Positions 7,178 to 15,742 are shown, counted from the stretch's first letter. The stretch: 32,000 bases of DNA from Geotalea uraniireducens Rf4 (GCF_000016745.1 NC_009483.1:3900001-3932000), one strand, 5' to 3'. The notes: generated by a model not told the origin, from the sequence alone. Program-made: numbers and translations.

Positions 7178-7356
7178 CAGCACTGTCCGGTTAGATAAAT
7201 TGCATCGTAGCGTCTGGGCTTGAAACACTGCCTTGCACCCTCCCCCAGCCCCTCCCATCGAAGGGAGGGGTGTTTAAAATCCCCTCTCCCCTGGTGGGAG
7301 AGGGCCAGGGAGAGGGAGGGATGCGCAGGCCGCAAGAATCTAACCGGACATTGCTG
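7178..7356. mobile_element. 179-bp MITE-like element in the modA leader, with termini related to the 219-bp MITE
   Basis: The ends are CAGCACTGTCCGGTTAGAT (7178-7196) and ATCTAACCGGACATTGCTG (7338-7356). The flanks GGTCCTTTA and ACTCCTTTA match at 7/9 positions, consistent with a decayed 9-bp duplication. The core holds G/C-rich hairpins (CCCCTCCC..GGGAGGGG, CCCCTCTCCC..GGGAGAGGG). Confidence 0.7.
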
Positions 7357-7397
7357 ACTCCTTTATTAAGTTTCCAGGTTTAAAGCTTCCGTACAAG

Positions 7398-7421
7398 CGT
7401 TATAGTTTGCACATTATAACG
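7398..7421 (-). promoter_or_regulatory. ModE-type operator-like palindrome in the modA promoter region
   Basis: CGTTATA-N10-TATAACG is a perfect 7-bp inverted repeat. As I recall it, the E. coli modA operator reads CGTTATA-N10-CATAACG. On the minus strand the box contains TATAAT. It lies between the mop terminator and modA. Confidence 0.55.
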
Positions 7422-7426
7422 CATTA

Positions 7427-7457
7427 CAAAAAAGAAGGGCGGCAAGTCGCCGCCCCC
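7427..7457 (-). terminator. Rho-independent terminator of mop
   Basis: On the minus strand, GGGCGGC/GCCGCCC forms a 7-bp stem (7437-7443 with 7449-7455) followed by TTCTTTTTT. It starts 5 nt after the mop stop. Confidence 0.75.
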
Positions 7458-7461
7458 TGTT

Positions 7462-7887
7462 TCAGCTGACCCCGAGGATAACGCTCGATGCCTTGAAAAT
7501 GGCGCAGGCGTGTCCGCCCTGCTGGAGGCCGAGCGTCTTGGCGCTTTCATGGGTGATAACTGCGCTGACGGTATTGCCGGCGCCGATTTCCACGGCCACT
7601 TCGGTGCTGACCGGCCCTTCGACGATCTTTGCAATGGTGCCGCACATGATGTTGCGGGCACTGACCTTCGCGTCGTGCAAATCAGTGCCGATGATGATCG
7701 AGCTCGCCTTGATGATGGCGTAGGCTTCCTTGCCGGTTGCCAGGCCAAGACCGTCGACGCTGTCGTTGGTGATGATCGCCGTCACCGGCGTCCCCCCCTT
7801 GAGCGTAAGGCTTACCTCGGCGTTAACCGCCCCTTTTTTGATGCTTGAGATGGTCCCCAGAAATACATTGCGTGCGCTTACTTTCAT
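7462..7887 (-). CDS. mop: Molybdenum-pterin-binding protein (di-Mop/TOBE molbindin, no HTH)
   Basis: 141 aa made of two ~70-aa repeats, each starting K(V)SARN...G.I and ending IKASSVI.G. The start is at MKVSARN (ATG 7887), with AAGGAGGA 6 nt upstream. Confidence 0.85.
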   Translation of the reverse strand: MKVSARNVFLGTISSIKKGAVNAEVSLTLKGGTPVTAIITNDSVDGLGLATGKEAYAIIKASSIIIGTDLHDAKVSARNIMCGTIAKIVEGPVSTEVAVEIGAGNTVSAVITHESAKTLGLQQGGHACAIFKASSVILGVS

Positions 7888-7988
7888 GGAAATCCTCCTT
7901 AAAAAGTTGTTGAGATACCGCCACAGTAAAAAAGTATACACAACGGTTTTTTATAGTAAAGGAACGCACTGTGATGCCGGGACATGGA

Positions 7989-8009
7989 TATACAAGCTAT
8001 TACATAACG
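7989..8009 (-). promoter_or_regulatory. Second ModE-type box, upstream of mop
   Basis: TATAC-N7-TACATAACG fits the TATAT-N7-TAYAT pattern recalled for ModE sites. The right half, TACATAACG, equals the recalled E. coli half-site. It lies about 100 nt upstream of the mop start. Confidence 0.45.
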
Positions 8010-8255
8010 CGTGCCAGGGTTTCACTAATAATGGATAGCCCAATGAAACAGAGCTGCTAAGCAATTTTGCGCAGTTCGATATGTACTCAGGGGTATAACT
8101 CATGATTAATTTTCAAGCAGATGATTCGAAAAGCGACAGAAATAATTGTCGGCCATGGAATTTTGCCGTTGTTTTGCAGCCGTTTTCAACCCGATATCCG
8201 ACGGCTGACTTGTTGCATAAACCCTTTTGAACTACCGACTCAAAGGAGCATATTC

Positions 8256-8684
8256 ATGTCAAATGTGCATCATGGCAGCACCGTAACCGTCCAGTATATC
8301 GGGACGCTCGACAATGGACGGACGTTCGACAGCACCACGGAAGAAGCGCCCCTCGTCTTCACCATCGGCGCCAACCAGGTTTTTCCGGCACTGGAACAGG
8401 CGGTGCTATGCATGCGTATCGGCGAGACGAAGAATGTCGTCATCCCGGCAAGCGACGCCTTCGGCCCGCGCCTCAAGGAGAACATCATCAAGGTTGATCG
8501 GGAGCATTTTCCAGCCGGGAAAGAGATCAAGGAAGGGCAAAAGCTGAGCATCGAGTTTTCAGGCGGCAAGGCGCGGGTGATGCTCGTAACCGAGGTCACG
8601 GAAGCCGAGGTGACACTGGACGGCAATCATCCGCTGGCGGGGCTGGACCTGACCTTTGCCCTGCGGCTGGAAGGGGTCGAGTAA
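8256..8684 (+). CDS. FKBP-type peptidyl-prolyl isomerase, SlyD-like (with insert-in-flap region, no His-rich tail)
   Basis: V.V.Y.G.L.DG..FDS, the later LDGNHPLAG..L.F and an inserted ~60-aa segment fit the SlyD/FkpB pattern. The start is at ATG 8256, with AAAGGAG 8 nt upstream. Confidence 0.8.
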   Translation: MSNVHHGSTVTVQYIGTLDNGRTFDSTTEEAPLVFTIGANQVFPALEQAVLCMRIGETKNVVIPASDAFGPRLKENIIKVDREHFPAGKEIKEGQKLSIEFSGGKARVMLVTEVTEAEVTLDGNHPLAGLDLTFALRLEGVE

Positions 8685-8700
8685 GGCGGGTGAGGAGGGT

Positions 8701-8737
8701 AGGCATCCAGCCTGCCTTTGCCGCAGGCAAGATGCCT
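8701..8737. terminator. Hairpin between convergent genes (possible bidirectional terminator)
   Basis: AGGCATC..GATGCCT forms the outer stem and GCCTGC-CTTTGCC-GCAGGC the inner stem. There is no clear U-run. Confidence 0.35.
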
Positions 8738-8751
8738 GCGCTCCAAGAGTC

Positions 8752-9789
8752 TCAACATGACAGCAAATTGGTCGGCATCCGTCCGATCACTTCCCCGTTG
8801 CGCAGGGCGTTGCGCACCGCGCTCAAGCGGGCATCCATCTCCTCGAACACCGCCAGATTGGCCCGTTCCAGTTCGCTGGTGGTAATGATGGCGCTGATGC
8901 CGCCGTTTCTGAAAACCAGCCGCCGCTCACCGATCAGGGCCAGGATCGGGTCATGGGTCGCCATCAGCACGATCTTCCGTTTGTCCACCAGGGTACGGAC
9001 CGCCCGTTTCCGGTCGATGCCGGCGTTCTCTATCTCGTCGATGAGGACGATGGGGGAAGTGCTGAGGCAGGAGGTGTCGGCAATCATCAGCGCCCGTGAC
9101 TGGCCGCCGGAAAGGGACGTGACCGGTGTCTCCCGGGTGAATTTCTCGCCGGCCAGATCGTTGGCCAGATCGATGATGGTCCGCGTCACGCCGGCCACAT
9201 CCGCCACCATCCTGCTCTCGGCGTGCATGGTGACGAACTCCTCCACGGTCAGGTCCATGACGAAGTTCATGTTCTGCGAGAGCTGGGCCACCAGCTTCCG
9301 ATCGATGGCGAACCGGCGGCCCGGCTCCGGCGGAGCGCCGTTGATCAGGACGGTGCGGCCGGTTGGCGTATCCCCTTGGGCCAGCCATTCTATGTCCGCC
9401 AGAAAGCGGCTCTTGCCCGACCCGGTCGGACCGACGATGCAGATGACCTCCCCCGGCTTGACGGTGAGGGTGAACTCTTCCGGCCTGCCGTCCTTGTCAT
9501 GACCGCCGGTGATGGTTATGGATTCAATCAGCGCCCCGCTTGCGCCGGTCTTCATGTTTTCCAGCAGTTCCGTGAAGGCGCTGAAACGCTCCGCCAGACT
9601 CCCGCGTTCCAGCCCCAGGTCTTCCAAAAGCTCCCGGTCGAGGGAGGCGAAGTACTCTGCCGGACTCATCTCCGCCGGCGGCAGCCCCAGCCCGAGGGAG
9701 ATGAAGAACTCCGCCACGTATGGGTTCTGTTGCAACAACTCCTCCGTGGCCAGGAAGAGCAATGGATGACGATGAGCATTCTCGGGCAT
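8752..9789 (-). CDS. Soluble ABC-type ATPase with a ~110-aa N-terminal extension; no partner permease in the window
   Basis: Walker A GPTGSGKS, signature LSGGQSRAL, Walker B VLIDEIE and H-loop ATHD. It is the last gene of the three-gene operon. Confidence 0.75.
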   Translation of the reverse strand: MPENAHRHPLLFLATEELLQQNPYVAEFFISLGLGLPPAEMSPAEYFASLDRELLEDLGLERGSLAERFSAFTELLENMKTGASGALIESITITGGHDKDGRPEEFTLTVKPGEVICIVGPTGSGKSRFLADIEWLAQGDTPTGRTVLINGAPPEPGRRFAIDRKLVAQLSQNMNFVMDLTVEEFVTMHAESRMVADVAGVTRTIIDLANDLAGEKFTRETPVTSLSGGQSRALMIADTSCLSTSPIVLIDEIENAGIDRKRAVRTLVDKRKIVLMATHDPILALIGERRLVFRNGGISAIITTSELERANLAVFEEMDARLSAVRNALRNGEVIGRMPTNLLSC

Positions 9790-9797
9790 AAGTCTTC

Positions 9798-10481
9798 CTA
9801 GAAATCCATTTTTTTCACGTTCCCCATCTGGAAGTCGCTGCCGATCCGGCGCTGGCCGAGGCAGTAGGAACAGAGAGCCGCCGGCATGGAGAACCGCAGC
9901 AGATTCCCTTCCAGGTCAGCTGTCTCCGGCGCGCTTTGCAGCAGTCTTCCCAGTTCATGCCCCCCCTGGCCGGTCAGGCCGTTGACGTTGATGATGGTGG
10001 CATTGGTGTTGACCTGCCGCACCCGGTAGGCAAATACCTCGCGTTCCGCCTGGGAGACGATATCCCCCTTGGTGATGACCACCACATCGGCCATCTTCAG
10101 CATCGGGCCGATTTTTTTCGGGGTGTCGACCCCGCTCAGGTTGTCGATGACGCAGACCGCCAGCACCCCCTGGATGTGGGGAGCGCAGCGGTTGCAAAGG
10201 CCGGCGCTCTCGATGACCAGCAGGTCCAATTGCTGCTCTGTCCCCCACACCAGGCAGTCGCTCACATTGCTGACAAAGAAGTGGTCGGGGCAGAGATTGC
10301 CGGACAGGCCGGTCTTGACCGTCACCCCGTGTTTTTCATAGAGGGACTGGTCCTGGGTCGAAAGGGAATCGAACTTGACGACCCCGACCCCCAGGCCGTC
10401 GGCGGCCAGCGCCTCGACAGCCTTCAGGGTGACGGCGGTCTTCCCCGACGAAGGTGGCCCGGCAATGGTGACCAGCTTCAT
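9798..10481 (-). CDS. G3E-family P-loop GTPase (HypB/UreG/CobW-like metallochaperone)
   Basis: Walker A GPPSSGKT, a switch-region IESAGLCNRCAPH (compare HypB ENVGNLVCPA), the NKxD variant ITKGD, and extra Cys motifs (NLCPDHF, CSYC). Its ATG overlaps the upstream stop as ATGA. Confidence 0.75.
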   Translation of the reverse strand: MKLVTIAGPPSSGKTAVTLKAVEALAADGLGVGVVKFDSLSTQDQSLYEKHGVTVKTGLSGNLCPDHFFVSNVSDCLVWGTEQQLDLLVIESAGLCNRCAPHIQGVLAVCVIDNLSGVDTPKKIGPMLKMADVVVITKGDIVSQAEREVFAYRVRQVNTNATIINVNGLTGQGGHELGRLLQSAPETADLEGNLLRFSMPAALCSYCLGQRRIGSDFQMGNVKKMDF

Positions 10482-11695
10482 GCCGTCTTTCCATGAAATG
10501 CTTGCAGGAAGGTGGCGTTGGTCTCGGCGATCAGCGTCTTCAGGTCATGTTCCTTGACGTAATCCCAGCCGATCCATTTGAAGGTGGCGTTGTCCGGCAG
10601 ACGGTTGTCCACTGCCGGGTGCACGGCGGGGAAGAAAGCGCCGGCGCAGATGCGGGCCACCTCCGGGCCGGTAAGGAATGCGACCACATCCCGCAGCTCC
10701 TCCTGTTTCTCCGCTTTCACCAGCATGGTTACCGGGCTGACCAGGGCGCCGTCCTCCGGCCAGACGATGGTCACATGCTCGCGGTTCCTGATGTTGTTGG
10801 CAAAGAAGAGCGGCATGGCGCTGACCGCCGGGGTATCATCCCTGCCGCTGCCGGCCGCCTTGACCATCTGGGACGGATGCCAGCCGTAACGGACGTTCCG
10901 CCCCAGCCTCTCCAGCCCGGTGGAACCGAATTCCTTGTAAATAGTCATGAGCAGGGTTTCGCAGAACGTGCCATCCTTGTTCCCCCTGATGGCAAGGCAA
11001 TCGACATACTCAGGCCCCAGCAGGTCGGCCCAACTCCGGGGCACAGGCCGGTTGCCCATTCGGGCATGGTCCACCACCAGCACCAGGAGGTTCATGGCCA
11101 GCATGGTGTAATGCCCCTCAGGATCGGTCACGCCGAGAGGGGCAAGGTGAGAGTCGCCGGCATAATCGTTGACGCTCCTGAATTGGCCGCTCTTGATGAA
11201 CCTCTCGACAAAAGGACGATGGAAAAAGCTGTTGAAACCTGGTGTGATGATGATATCCGGCATCTCGTCCAGCTGCTCGAAATGATCCGCATAATCGGCG
11301 TAATCAATCTGGTTGTTGGCGTTCCCTTCGATGCAGAAGGTAAGCGTTGCGCGCCGCTCTTCGGATAATCCGGCCACGAATGCCGTGAATGCCTCTTCCA
11401 GGGGAACCTTGAGCGGGCAGGGAAGCAAAGCGAAGAGGTTGAGGTTGGGCGAAGTGAGCGTGTGTTCCCGAAGACGCCCATCTTCAGCCATGGTCTCTTC
11501 GAGGAGGCGGCAGAAGAGCTCGGGGTTGATGTCATGCGACTTGAGGAGGGTGCGGAGCTTCAGCAGCGGGCCAAAGATCTCCGCGGTCTCCGGATCGGCG
11601 AACATCCCCAGGCCTTGGGCAGCCAGGACCTTGAGAGCTGTCGGATGGCGTTTGATCAATTCGGCAATTGTCAGGTCGAGCAGACTTTCTGTCAT
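10478..11695 (-). CDS. Cytoplasmic protein: DUF1858-like N-domain fused to a periplasmic-binding-protein-like (Fe3+/anion SBP-type) domain, no signal peptide
   Basis: The N-terminal TIAELIKRHPTALKVLAAQGLGMF resembles DUF1858/ScdA_N but lacks its Cys pair. The remaining ~330 aa look like a type-II SBP fold. The start is taken at MTESLL (ATG 11695). Confidence 0.6.
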   Translation of the reverse strand: MTESLLDLTIAELIKRHPTALKVLAAQGLGMFADPETAEIFGPLLKLRTLLKSHDINPELFCRLLEETMAEDGRLREHTLTSPNLNLFALLPCPLKVPLEEAFTAFVAGLSEERRATLTFCIEGNANNQIDYADYADHFEQLDEMPDIIITPGFNSFFHRPFVERFIKSGQFRSVNDYAGDSHLAPLGVTDPEGHYTMLAMNLLVLVVDHARMGNRPVPRSWADLLGPEYVDCLAIRGNKDGTFCETLLMTIYKEFGSTGLERLGRNVRYGWHPSQMVKAAGSGRDDTPAVSAMPLFFANNIRNREHVTIVWPEDGALVSPVTMLVKAEKQEELRDVVAFLTGPEVARICAGAFFPAVHPAVDNRLPDNATFKWIGWDYVKEHDLKTLIAETNATFLQAFHGKTA

Positions 11696-11883
11696 GATAT
11701 TCCCGTTTGGAAACTGAATAGAGCAACTCCTTGCACTGGCATGCAGCATCCGTTCCACACGGGCTGTAAAACCGGCAATGCACGCCGTTACGCTTTGTGC
11801 ATGACGGACGTTGTCGTTATCGTTGCCCCGGGTAGCCCTTTGTTGACGAAATATTAAGCACTTTCTGCAAATCCATACCGTTG

Positions 11884-13173
11884 TCAGAATACCATCTGCG
11901 CCTGGAAGCGGACCTGCCGGTCATCGGTAGCATTCGGACCGTTATTGAAGGAGATCCCCTTCTGCTTGTGGATATTGGTGTAATCGGCAACGAGTTTCAG
12001 GTTATGATCGTTTATATACCAGGAAATAGCACCGGTGGTTTCAATCCAGTGATCGTCGGCAACATCGCGGTTCGGATCCAGATAGGCATACCTGGCGGCA
12101 AACTCAAGCTTTTTCGGAATCACGAAGTAGCCTGCCTGGGTGTAAAACCCTTGGGCGCGTAACGTGTTTTTTGTTGTCTGTCCGTCGGCCTGGCCGATGA
12201 AATACTCACCCTGGGCTGAACATCCGAGCCACTTGAAGACCGCATCAATCCCGGCCGTATTGAAATCGATTGCTTCGCCGGTGGAGATTCTCCTGGCTGC
12301 GGACAGGAGCGGGTTGCCGATCCCATACCACCCCTTGCTCCCGAAAAAATTAAGGTTGTTGGTTTCCGAGCCGTTGACAGTGTCCCGGAAAAAGTCGGCG
12401 CCAAGGGAAACGAGCGGTTTCCGGCTATACTCGACGTCGGACTCGGAGTACTTCACATCGCCGAATGGATTGACGGTGAGCCTGGCAGCGAAGGCGTTGT
12501 CGGAGGTTGTCCGGAAAGTATTCTGGCCCAGACCGCCATACCCCGCGACGTTGTAGTTGACGAGTCCGCCGGCAATTTTACCGTGGATCATCAGACCGGT
12601 GTCATACCCCGGAACGAATGCGATCGTCACCACCGACAGGTCCACGAACTGGAGCGCAGTGGAAGATGTGATGAACTGCCTGCCGAACTGGACCTTGTCC
12701 TGGCCGAAACGGAGCTGGGCCTCGTCAAGCAGACGGTAGTTCATCCAGGTCTCCTCCAAAAGGCCGGTGGTCGTTGGCGGGTTTTGGCTATTGGCGAAAT
12801 TCAGCACCAACTTGAAGGCAAGGTCCCTGGTGAAGGCATAGCCGTTGAAGAACAGCTTGATACGGCGCAGCTCGAACCTGCTCGAGTCCTGCGCCTTATT
12901 TGCGGTGGTGTTGTTGGCATTATCGAGATCCATGAAGGCATAGCGGATTTGAAAACTTGAGCCGATCGCCGTTCTGAATTTCTCATCGGGAGAGGTGAAG
13001 ACGAACCCCTCTCCCAGCTTGTAATCGAGCGACTTGCTCCTGGTTACCGCCTTGTAGTCTTCCTCGGTGATGACCCCCTTCTCTTTCAGAACATCTTCCA
13101 GGGTTTTGGCAAAACTCACCTGGCTGCCGAGTATCGCCGCTACTATCCCGATCGTTGTCATGGTCTTTTTCAT
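11884..13173 (-). CDS. Outer-membrane anion-selective porin (OprO/OprP-like)
   Basis: Signal peptide MKKTMTTIGIVAAILGSQVSFA, alternating beta-strand pattern, terminal ...RFQAQMVF. The N-terminal LEDVLKEKGVITEEDY segment is common in this porin family. Confidence 0.75.
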   Translation of the reverse strand: MKKTMTTIGIVAAILGSQVSFAKTLEDVLKEKGVITEEDYKAVTRSKSLDYKLGEGFVFTSPDEKFRTAIGSSFQIRYAFMDLDNANNTTANKAQDSSRFELRRIKLFFNGYAFTRDLAFKLVLNFANSQNPPTTTGLLEETWMNYRLLDEAQLRFGQDKVQFGRQFITSSTALQFVDLSVVTIAFVPGYDTGLMIHGKIAGGLVNYNVAGYGGLGQNTFRTTSDNAFAARLTVNPFGDVKYSESDVEYSRKPLVSLGADFFRDTVNGSETNNLNFFGSKGWYGIGNPLLSAARRISTGEAIDFNTAGIDAVFKWLGCSAQGEYFIGQADGQTTKNTLRAQGFYTQAGYFVIPKKLEFAARYAYLDPNRDVADDHWIETTGAISWYINDHNLKLVADYTNIHKQKGISFNNGPNATDDRQVRFQAQMVF

Positions 13174-13246
13174 TCCCCCCCCTTGAATCATAAACACCAG
13201 ATCATTATCAATTTACAACCATAAGCAAGGATTTGCCCTGACGGTT

Positions 13247-13255
13247 TGATATACT
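13247..13255 (+). promoter_or_regulatory. Possible extended -10 promoter element for the 783-aa gene
   Basis: TGaTATACT lies 64 nt upstream of ATG 13319. No good -35 element is present. Confidence 0.3.
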
Positions 13256-13318
13256 GTGAATTGAATCCAACTGCGCACTTTTTACTATTGCAGTTTAACA
13301 GGACTTCAATTTACCGCC

Positions 13319-15670
13319 ATGAACAAAGACCCGAAAATCACCGTGGTCATCTTTCTCTGCTCAAGCGCGAGCCTCGCCTTCGAAGTGCTCCTGTCGCGAA
13401 TCTTCTCCGTATCGCTCTGGTATCACTTCGCTTACATGATCATCAGCATCGCCATGCTCGGCTTTGCCGCCAGCGGCGTACTCCTCTCCCTCCTGCCACA
13501 GCTGAAAAACATCGACAACCTCCCCCGCTATGCACTTTGCCTCGGCATCGCCATTCCCATCGGCTACCTGCTGGCCAACCAGGTCCCTTTCGACCCGGTG
13601 CGTCTTGCCTGGCAGAAGAGCGAACTCTTCCACGTGGGGCTCTATTATCTAGTGCTGGCAGTACCGTTCTTCTTTGCCGGACTGGTTGTCGCCACCTCGT
13701 TCGCCGTGGCCAGCGACCAAGCCGGACGTATCTACGGGGCAGACCTGCTCGGAGCCGGCTTCGGATCATTGGGGGTGCTGCTCCTCATGGAGGCCATGGC
13801 GCCTGAACGGGGGGTCTTTCTCATCGCTTCGCCGGCGCTGGCCGCAGCCTTGATCAATCGCGGAAGAATGCTGCGAATCGCGGCGCTCCTGGCAATTCTG
13901 GCCAATCTCGCCCTGTTCCGTTTCCAGCCGGGATTCACGCAATTGCGCATTTCACCTTACAAAGGGCTGAGCTCAGCGTTGCGCTATCCCGGCGCTGAAC
14001 ACCTCCGCACCTATTCCTCCCCCTTTTCCCGCATCGACACCTTCTTAAGCCCTGCCGTCCGCTACGCGCCGGGGCTGAGCCTCCGCTACCAGGAACAGCT
14101 CCCGAAACAGATCGGCATTGCCGTGGACGGCGGGGAAATCAGCGCCGTGACGGGAGACGCGGGGCGCAAGGCCCTTACTTTCCTCGAATACCTCCCTTCA
14201 GCCCTCCCCTACGCCTTGGGAAAGAGGGATGATGTGCTGGTGCTCGATCCGGGAGGAGGCTTGCAGATATTGCTGGCGCGCCATTACGGGGCCGGGAGAA
14301 TATCCGCGGTTGAGGCGAACCCCGACCTGATACGCATCATCCATGACGATTTCCACGGCTTTTCCGGCGGCATTTACGACGACAGGACCTGGAGCGGCCT
14401 CGGCAGATCGTGGCTCATGGGGAGGAGCGATCGCTTTGACCTCATCGACATCTCCCTCCAGGGCGCCGAGCCGTCCGGCGGATTCGCCATCAGCGAGGAC
14501 TACCGTTTCACCGTCGAGGCTTTTCGGGAATACCTGGCGCACCTGAAGGACAACGGCGTTCTCTGCTTCAACCTCTTCATCCTCCCCCCGCCCCGCATCG
14601 AGCTGCGCATCGTCAGCACCGCGGTGAGCGCCCTGGAAGACATGGGAATCAGTGACGCAGCCGGCCGCATCGCGGCGGTGCGAAGCTGGGGCAGCGTCAC
14701 CATCCTGGTGAAAAAATCCCCTCTCACCCCGGCCGAACTGGCAACGCTTCGCCGGTTCGCCGGAGAGCGCTGGTTCGACCCGGTCTATTATCCCGGGGTA
14801 AAACCGGATGAGACCAATCGCTTCGTCAAGACGGCGGGCACCGACTACGCCGGCGCGTTTGCCGCCATCCTTTCCCCGACCGAACGGGACAGTTTCACGG
14901 AAAGGTATCTCTTCGATATCCGGCCGGCACATGACGAGGCGCCTTTTTTCCACCATTTTCTCAAGCTGGACAAAATCAGGGACATTTATCGGACCATGGG
15001 CAAGAAATGGCAATTTTTCCTCGAAGAGGGATATATCCTGCCGGCAGTGTTCATCCAGGTGCTGCTCTTGAGCCTGCTGCTCCTGCTCATGCCGACCCTT
15101 GCCGGGAGAAAACAAGAATATGCGACGGGCAAAAATCTCCTCCCCTGTTTTGCCCTCCTTGGTCTCGGTTTCATGTTCGTCGAGGTGTCGTTGATCCAGA
15201 AACTCATCCTCCCACTGGAAAACCCGTCATACGCGGTAGCCGCGGTCCTCGCCTCCCTCCTCATCAGTTCCGGCTGCGGCAGCCTCCTCAGCCACCGCCA
15301 CGCCGGACTGCGACGACCGGCGACATTGGCAGTCATCGCACTTTTGACCGTCGTCTACGCCCTGCTGCTGCCTCCTGTCACCAATGCGATCGCGCCGCTC
15401 ATGCTTCCGTCCAAAATCATCACGCTCTTCCTTCTCATCGCCCCCCTCGGCCTCTTGATGGGAATCCCCTTTCCCACCGCCCTCTCCCTCCTCGGCGAGC
15501 GGAATCCGCAGCTCATTCCCTGGGCCTGGGCGATCAACGGCTGCTTTTCGGTCCTGGCGCCGATCCTGGCCGTAATCCTGGCCATGGCGACAGGCTTCAA
15601 AGGGGTGCTGCTCCTGGCCGCAGGAGCCTATTTTCTCGCGTATCTAAATTTGAAGCAAGAACGAGGATAA
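13319..15670 (+). CDS. Polytopic membrane protein with central spermidine-synthase-like (SAM-MTase fold) domain
   Basis: It has about 7 N-terminal and 5-6 C-terminal TM helices. The central soluble domain carries VLVLDPGGGLQILLA (GxGxG) and DLIDISL, an architecture typical of spermine/spermidine synthase-like membrane proteins. Confidence 0.7.
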   Translation: MNKDPKITVVIFLCSSASLAFEVLLSRIFSVSLWYHFAYMIISIAMLGFAASGVLLSLLPQLKNIDNLPRYALCLGIAIPIGYLLANQVPFDPVRLAWQKSELFHVGLYYLVLAVPFFFAGLVVATSFAVASDQAGRIYGADLLGAGFGSLGVLLLMEAMAPERGVFLIASPALAAALINRGRMLRIAALLAILANLALFRFQPGFTQLRISPYKGLSSALRYPGAEHLRTYSSPFSRIDTFLSPAVRYAPGLSLRYQEQLPKQIGIAVDGGEISAVTGDAGRKALTFLEYLPSALPYALGKRDDVLVLDPGGGLQILLARHYGAGRISAVEANPDLIRIIHDDFHGFSGGIYDDRTWSGLGRSWLMGRSDRFDLIDISLQGAEPSGGFAISEDYRFTVEAFREYLAHLKDNGVLCFNLFILPPPRIELRIVSTAVSALEDMGISDAAGRIAAVRSWGSVTILVKKSPLTPAELATLRRFAGERWFDPVYYPGVKPDETNRFVKTAGTDYAGAFAAILSPTERDSFTERYLFDIRPAHDEAPFFHHFLKLDKIRDIYRTMGKKWQFFLEEGYILPAVFIQVLLLSLLLLLMPTLAGRKQEYATGKNLLPCFALLGLGFMFVEVSLIQKLILPLENPSYAVAAVLASLLISSGCGSLLSHRHAGLRRPATLAVIALLTVVYALLLPPVTNAIAPLMLPSKIITLFLLIAPLGLLMGIPFPTALSLLGERNPQLIPWAWAINGCFSVLAPILAVILAMATGFKGVLLLAAGAYFLAYLNLKQERG

Positions 15671-15737
15671 AGGAACGAGGTTCGAGGTTCGAGGTTCGAG
15701 GTTCGAGGTTCGGGCCTTTATCCTTTATCCTCGTTCC
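15659..15737. repeat. Hairpin element carrying a (CGAGGTT)x5 heptanucleotide tandem repeat
   Basis: GAACGAGGATAAAGGA (15659-15674) pairs with TCCTTTATCCTCGTTC (15721-15736). The loop holds five exact CGAGGTT units (15676-15710). It spans the stop of the 783-aa gene and ends 6 nt before the pcm stop. Confidence 0.8.
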
Positions 15738-15742
15738 TGTCC

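Noticed and set aside
7164-7461. Molybdenum-cofactor (Moco) riboswitch in the modA leader.
   Set aside because: The leader is accounted for by the MITE-like insert and the operator-like palindrome. I could not recognise the Moco RNA conserved core by eye. A covariance-model scan would be needed to exclude it formally.
13221-13240. Sigma-54-like element upstream of the porin gene (minus strand AGGGCAAATCCTTGCT).
   Set aside because: Only the GG and TTGC are kept at the correct spacing. The -24 hexamer AGGGCA departs from TGGCAC at 4 of 6 positions, which is too weak to call.
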